Shown here one piece after another: positions 62,172-64,000 of a stretch of DNA of 64,000 bases; position 1 is the stretch's first letter, and every line of letters begins with the position of its first letter. The stretch spans positions 94,156,370 through 94,220,369 of the forward strand of contig NC_068990.1 in the NCBI RefSeq assembly GCF_001194135.2, read 5' to 3'. This DNA comes from Octopus bimaculoides (lineage: Eukaryota). The notes under the pieces were generated by a model. It searched no databases, was not told the DNA's origin, and worked only from the letters and a program-made list of their open reading frames with translations. A program made the position numbers and the translations under genes.

Positions 62172-62610
62172 GTCATCATCATCATCATCATCATCATCAT
62201 TTTAATGTTCTCATTTCCATGCATGGCTCAGATAGAAATTGTTAAGGCCTATTTTCTATGTCCAGATGTCCCACATGGGTCACCAATACCCACTGGTTTC
62301 CAAACAAGGTAATATTTCTCTGTGAATGGACATGGTTTTATGCAAGATTGCATTGGAAACAAGTGACTCTGCTTGTATGACAGTGACTCTCATTTATGAC
62401 TCTCACACAATGTCAAGAGAAGGAGGCACAAACATACACACACACGCGCACACACACACACAAGCTTCTTTCAGTTTCCACCTGCCAATTCCACTCACAA
62501 AGCTTCGGTTGGCCTGGAACTTGAGTAGAAGACACTTGCCCAACGTGCCGTACAATGAGACTGAACCTAAAACCATGTGGTTGAGAAGCAAACTTCTGAA
62601 CCACACAGCT
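62172..62610 (-). mobile_element. RTE-tail-related SINE variant (62172-62440) abutting a CORE-like SINE (62460-62610)
   Basis: The first part is homologous to 17725-18045; the second to 32831-32990 (GACACTTGCCCAACGTGCC...GACTGAACC...AACCATGTGGTTGAGAAGCAAACTTC). Confidence 0.8.
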
Positions 62611-63184
62611 GCGTTGCACCTAAATTCAAAGTAAAAGTTTATGACTTGATAGACTTTTCCTTCCTAATATCAAGAATATGTGGCAAGAAAGAAATGCCAG
62701 TTTTTCAATATTTCTGCAAAGAAGTAGATCAACAGCATAAATTATACAAAGTGCTGAAAATCCATCTTTGCTGTTTCCAGCTAATAAAACCTTGCTTTGC
62801 AAAATGGAATGAAACCCATAAGTTCTCTGCTGCTGTTGGGTTTAGTGTAAAAAAAAATGAATCATTTGGTTGAGTTAGATGATACTTATTGTGGAAGAAA
62901 AACTACTGTTTTTATCCTCAGGGGCCTAACTGCTGCAATTACAGGAAGATCTACACTGATTCATCATCATCATCATCATCATCACTGAAACATGTCATTA
63001 TGTGCCATTGTTCCATTTCCCAAGATTCTAAACAATTCCTAAAAGCTAATGCGTATGAGATCAAAATGGAATAAAGCTTGAGGGGAATTAATAAGCATTA
63101 CCAGGAATGTGACACAAGTAAATCCAAAGAGACAGTATTCAGTCGAGTATATTTTGATTGTAAAGAGGTGGTTTCATAATAAAA

Positions 63185-63600
63185 ATGTGGTTAAGAAGTT
63201 GGCTTAGCAAACATGTGGCTCTGAGTTCAGTTCTGAAGCGCAGCACCTTTGGTAATTGTCTTCAAAGACAGAAATTGAAAAGTATATGTGCATGTGTGTG
63301 TGTATGTGTGTGTGTGTGTATGAGAAAGAGAGAGAGTGTGTGTGTGCACGTGCATGCATGCGCGTGTGTGTGTGTCCCTTGTCATGACATCATGTGCTAA
63401 TTGTAAACAGATTTCGCTGTCACACACGTAATGTTTGTCTGCAGTCTTCTATGAAAACATGTCTGGACTGGAGGAAAATATGACCTTGCCTAGAAGCAAG
63501 TGAAAATTGAAGACAAGGAGTGCATCCAGCCATAGAAAGTCAACCACCACAAATCTTGTCTGATCCATGCAAGCATGTAAAAACAGACATTGAAGTGATG
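63185..63600 (+). mobile_element. Composite SINE: tRNA/CORE-like head, (GT)n, RTE-tail-related 3' part
   Basis: ATGTGGTTAAGAAGTTGGCTT...CATGTGGCTCTGAGTTCAGTT...GCACCTTTGGTAATTGTCTTC, then (GT)n, then the reverse complement of the 17725-18045 family ending in CCATGCAAGCATG...(GAT). Confidence 0.7.
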
Positions 63601-64000
63601 GTTAGGAGGAGGAGGAGGAAGGTGCCAGTGAAACATATAAAGGAAATACTAATTTAGAAACATCTCAAGGAAAGTTAGAACATGTAGCTATTTTAAACAC
63701 TTATTATTGTGATTTAATGTTTTCAAACAGTTTCAATCATTCAACAACAAAATACACACAAACACTTAATGAAAACACAAAAAAAATAAATAAACTGTTT
63801 CCTCTGATGTTCAGTTAGCTTAAAGATGGTTCAGTCATAAATATTGCTTCTGTCTATAAATTAATGAGCTGTTAAGTAGCTTATAAACTTTTTTTTTTTT
63901 TAATTAAAAACTGCCATTGTTAATAACTTAAAGACCATCCAAATATATAAAATGGTTGAACTATACAAACTAGTTTCATATGAATAGATTGTGTTTGTGA

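Noticed and set aside
62640-62900. LNPTAAENLW on the minus strand as a Tc1 SPDLNPIENLW remnant
   Set aside because: A single short motif with no supporting flanking similarity.

Overview
AT-rich eukaryotic genomic DNA from a fragmented short-read assembly, with eight N gaps, several abutting microsatellites or repeats. The repeat content points to an octopus or other coleoid cephalopod (inference): RTE-LINE 3' ends with (GAT)n tails, tRNA-headed CORE-like SINEs and dense (GAT)n/(AT)n/(CA)n microsatellites. I cannot support any intact host protein-coding gene, rRNA, tRNA or CRISPR array, so the window reads as intergenic or deep intronic sequence. It holds many transposon fossils: four mariner remnants plus a 208-bp TIR-bounded mini-mariner, piggyBac-like and hAT fragments, RTE, Tx1/L1, CR1-like and probable RLE-type LINE remnants, and a Gypsy integrase tail. 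There are also three minisatellites (21, 29 and 19 bp units). Most long ORFs in the supplied track are microsatellite or N-gap artefacts. The most interesting leads are: (1) a degenerate type I hammerhead-ribozyme-like motif at 5897-5961 inside a diverged 314-bp-period repeat, a layout resembling a non-LTR retrozyme; (2) a 21-bp minisatellite whose variation looks codon-constrained and reads as a coiled-coil heptad; (3) a rearranged RTE locus with a 27-bp direct repeat. None of these is proven, and I see no firm evidence for a wholly new biological system.
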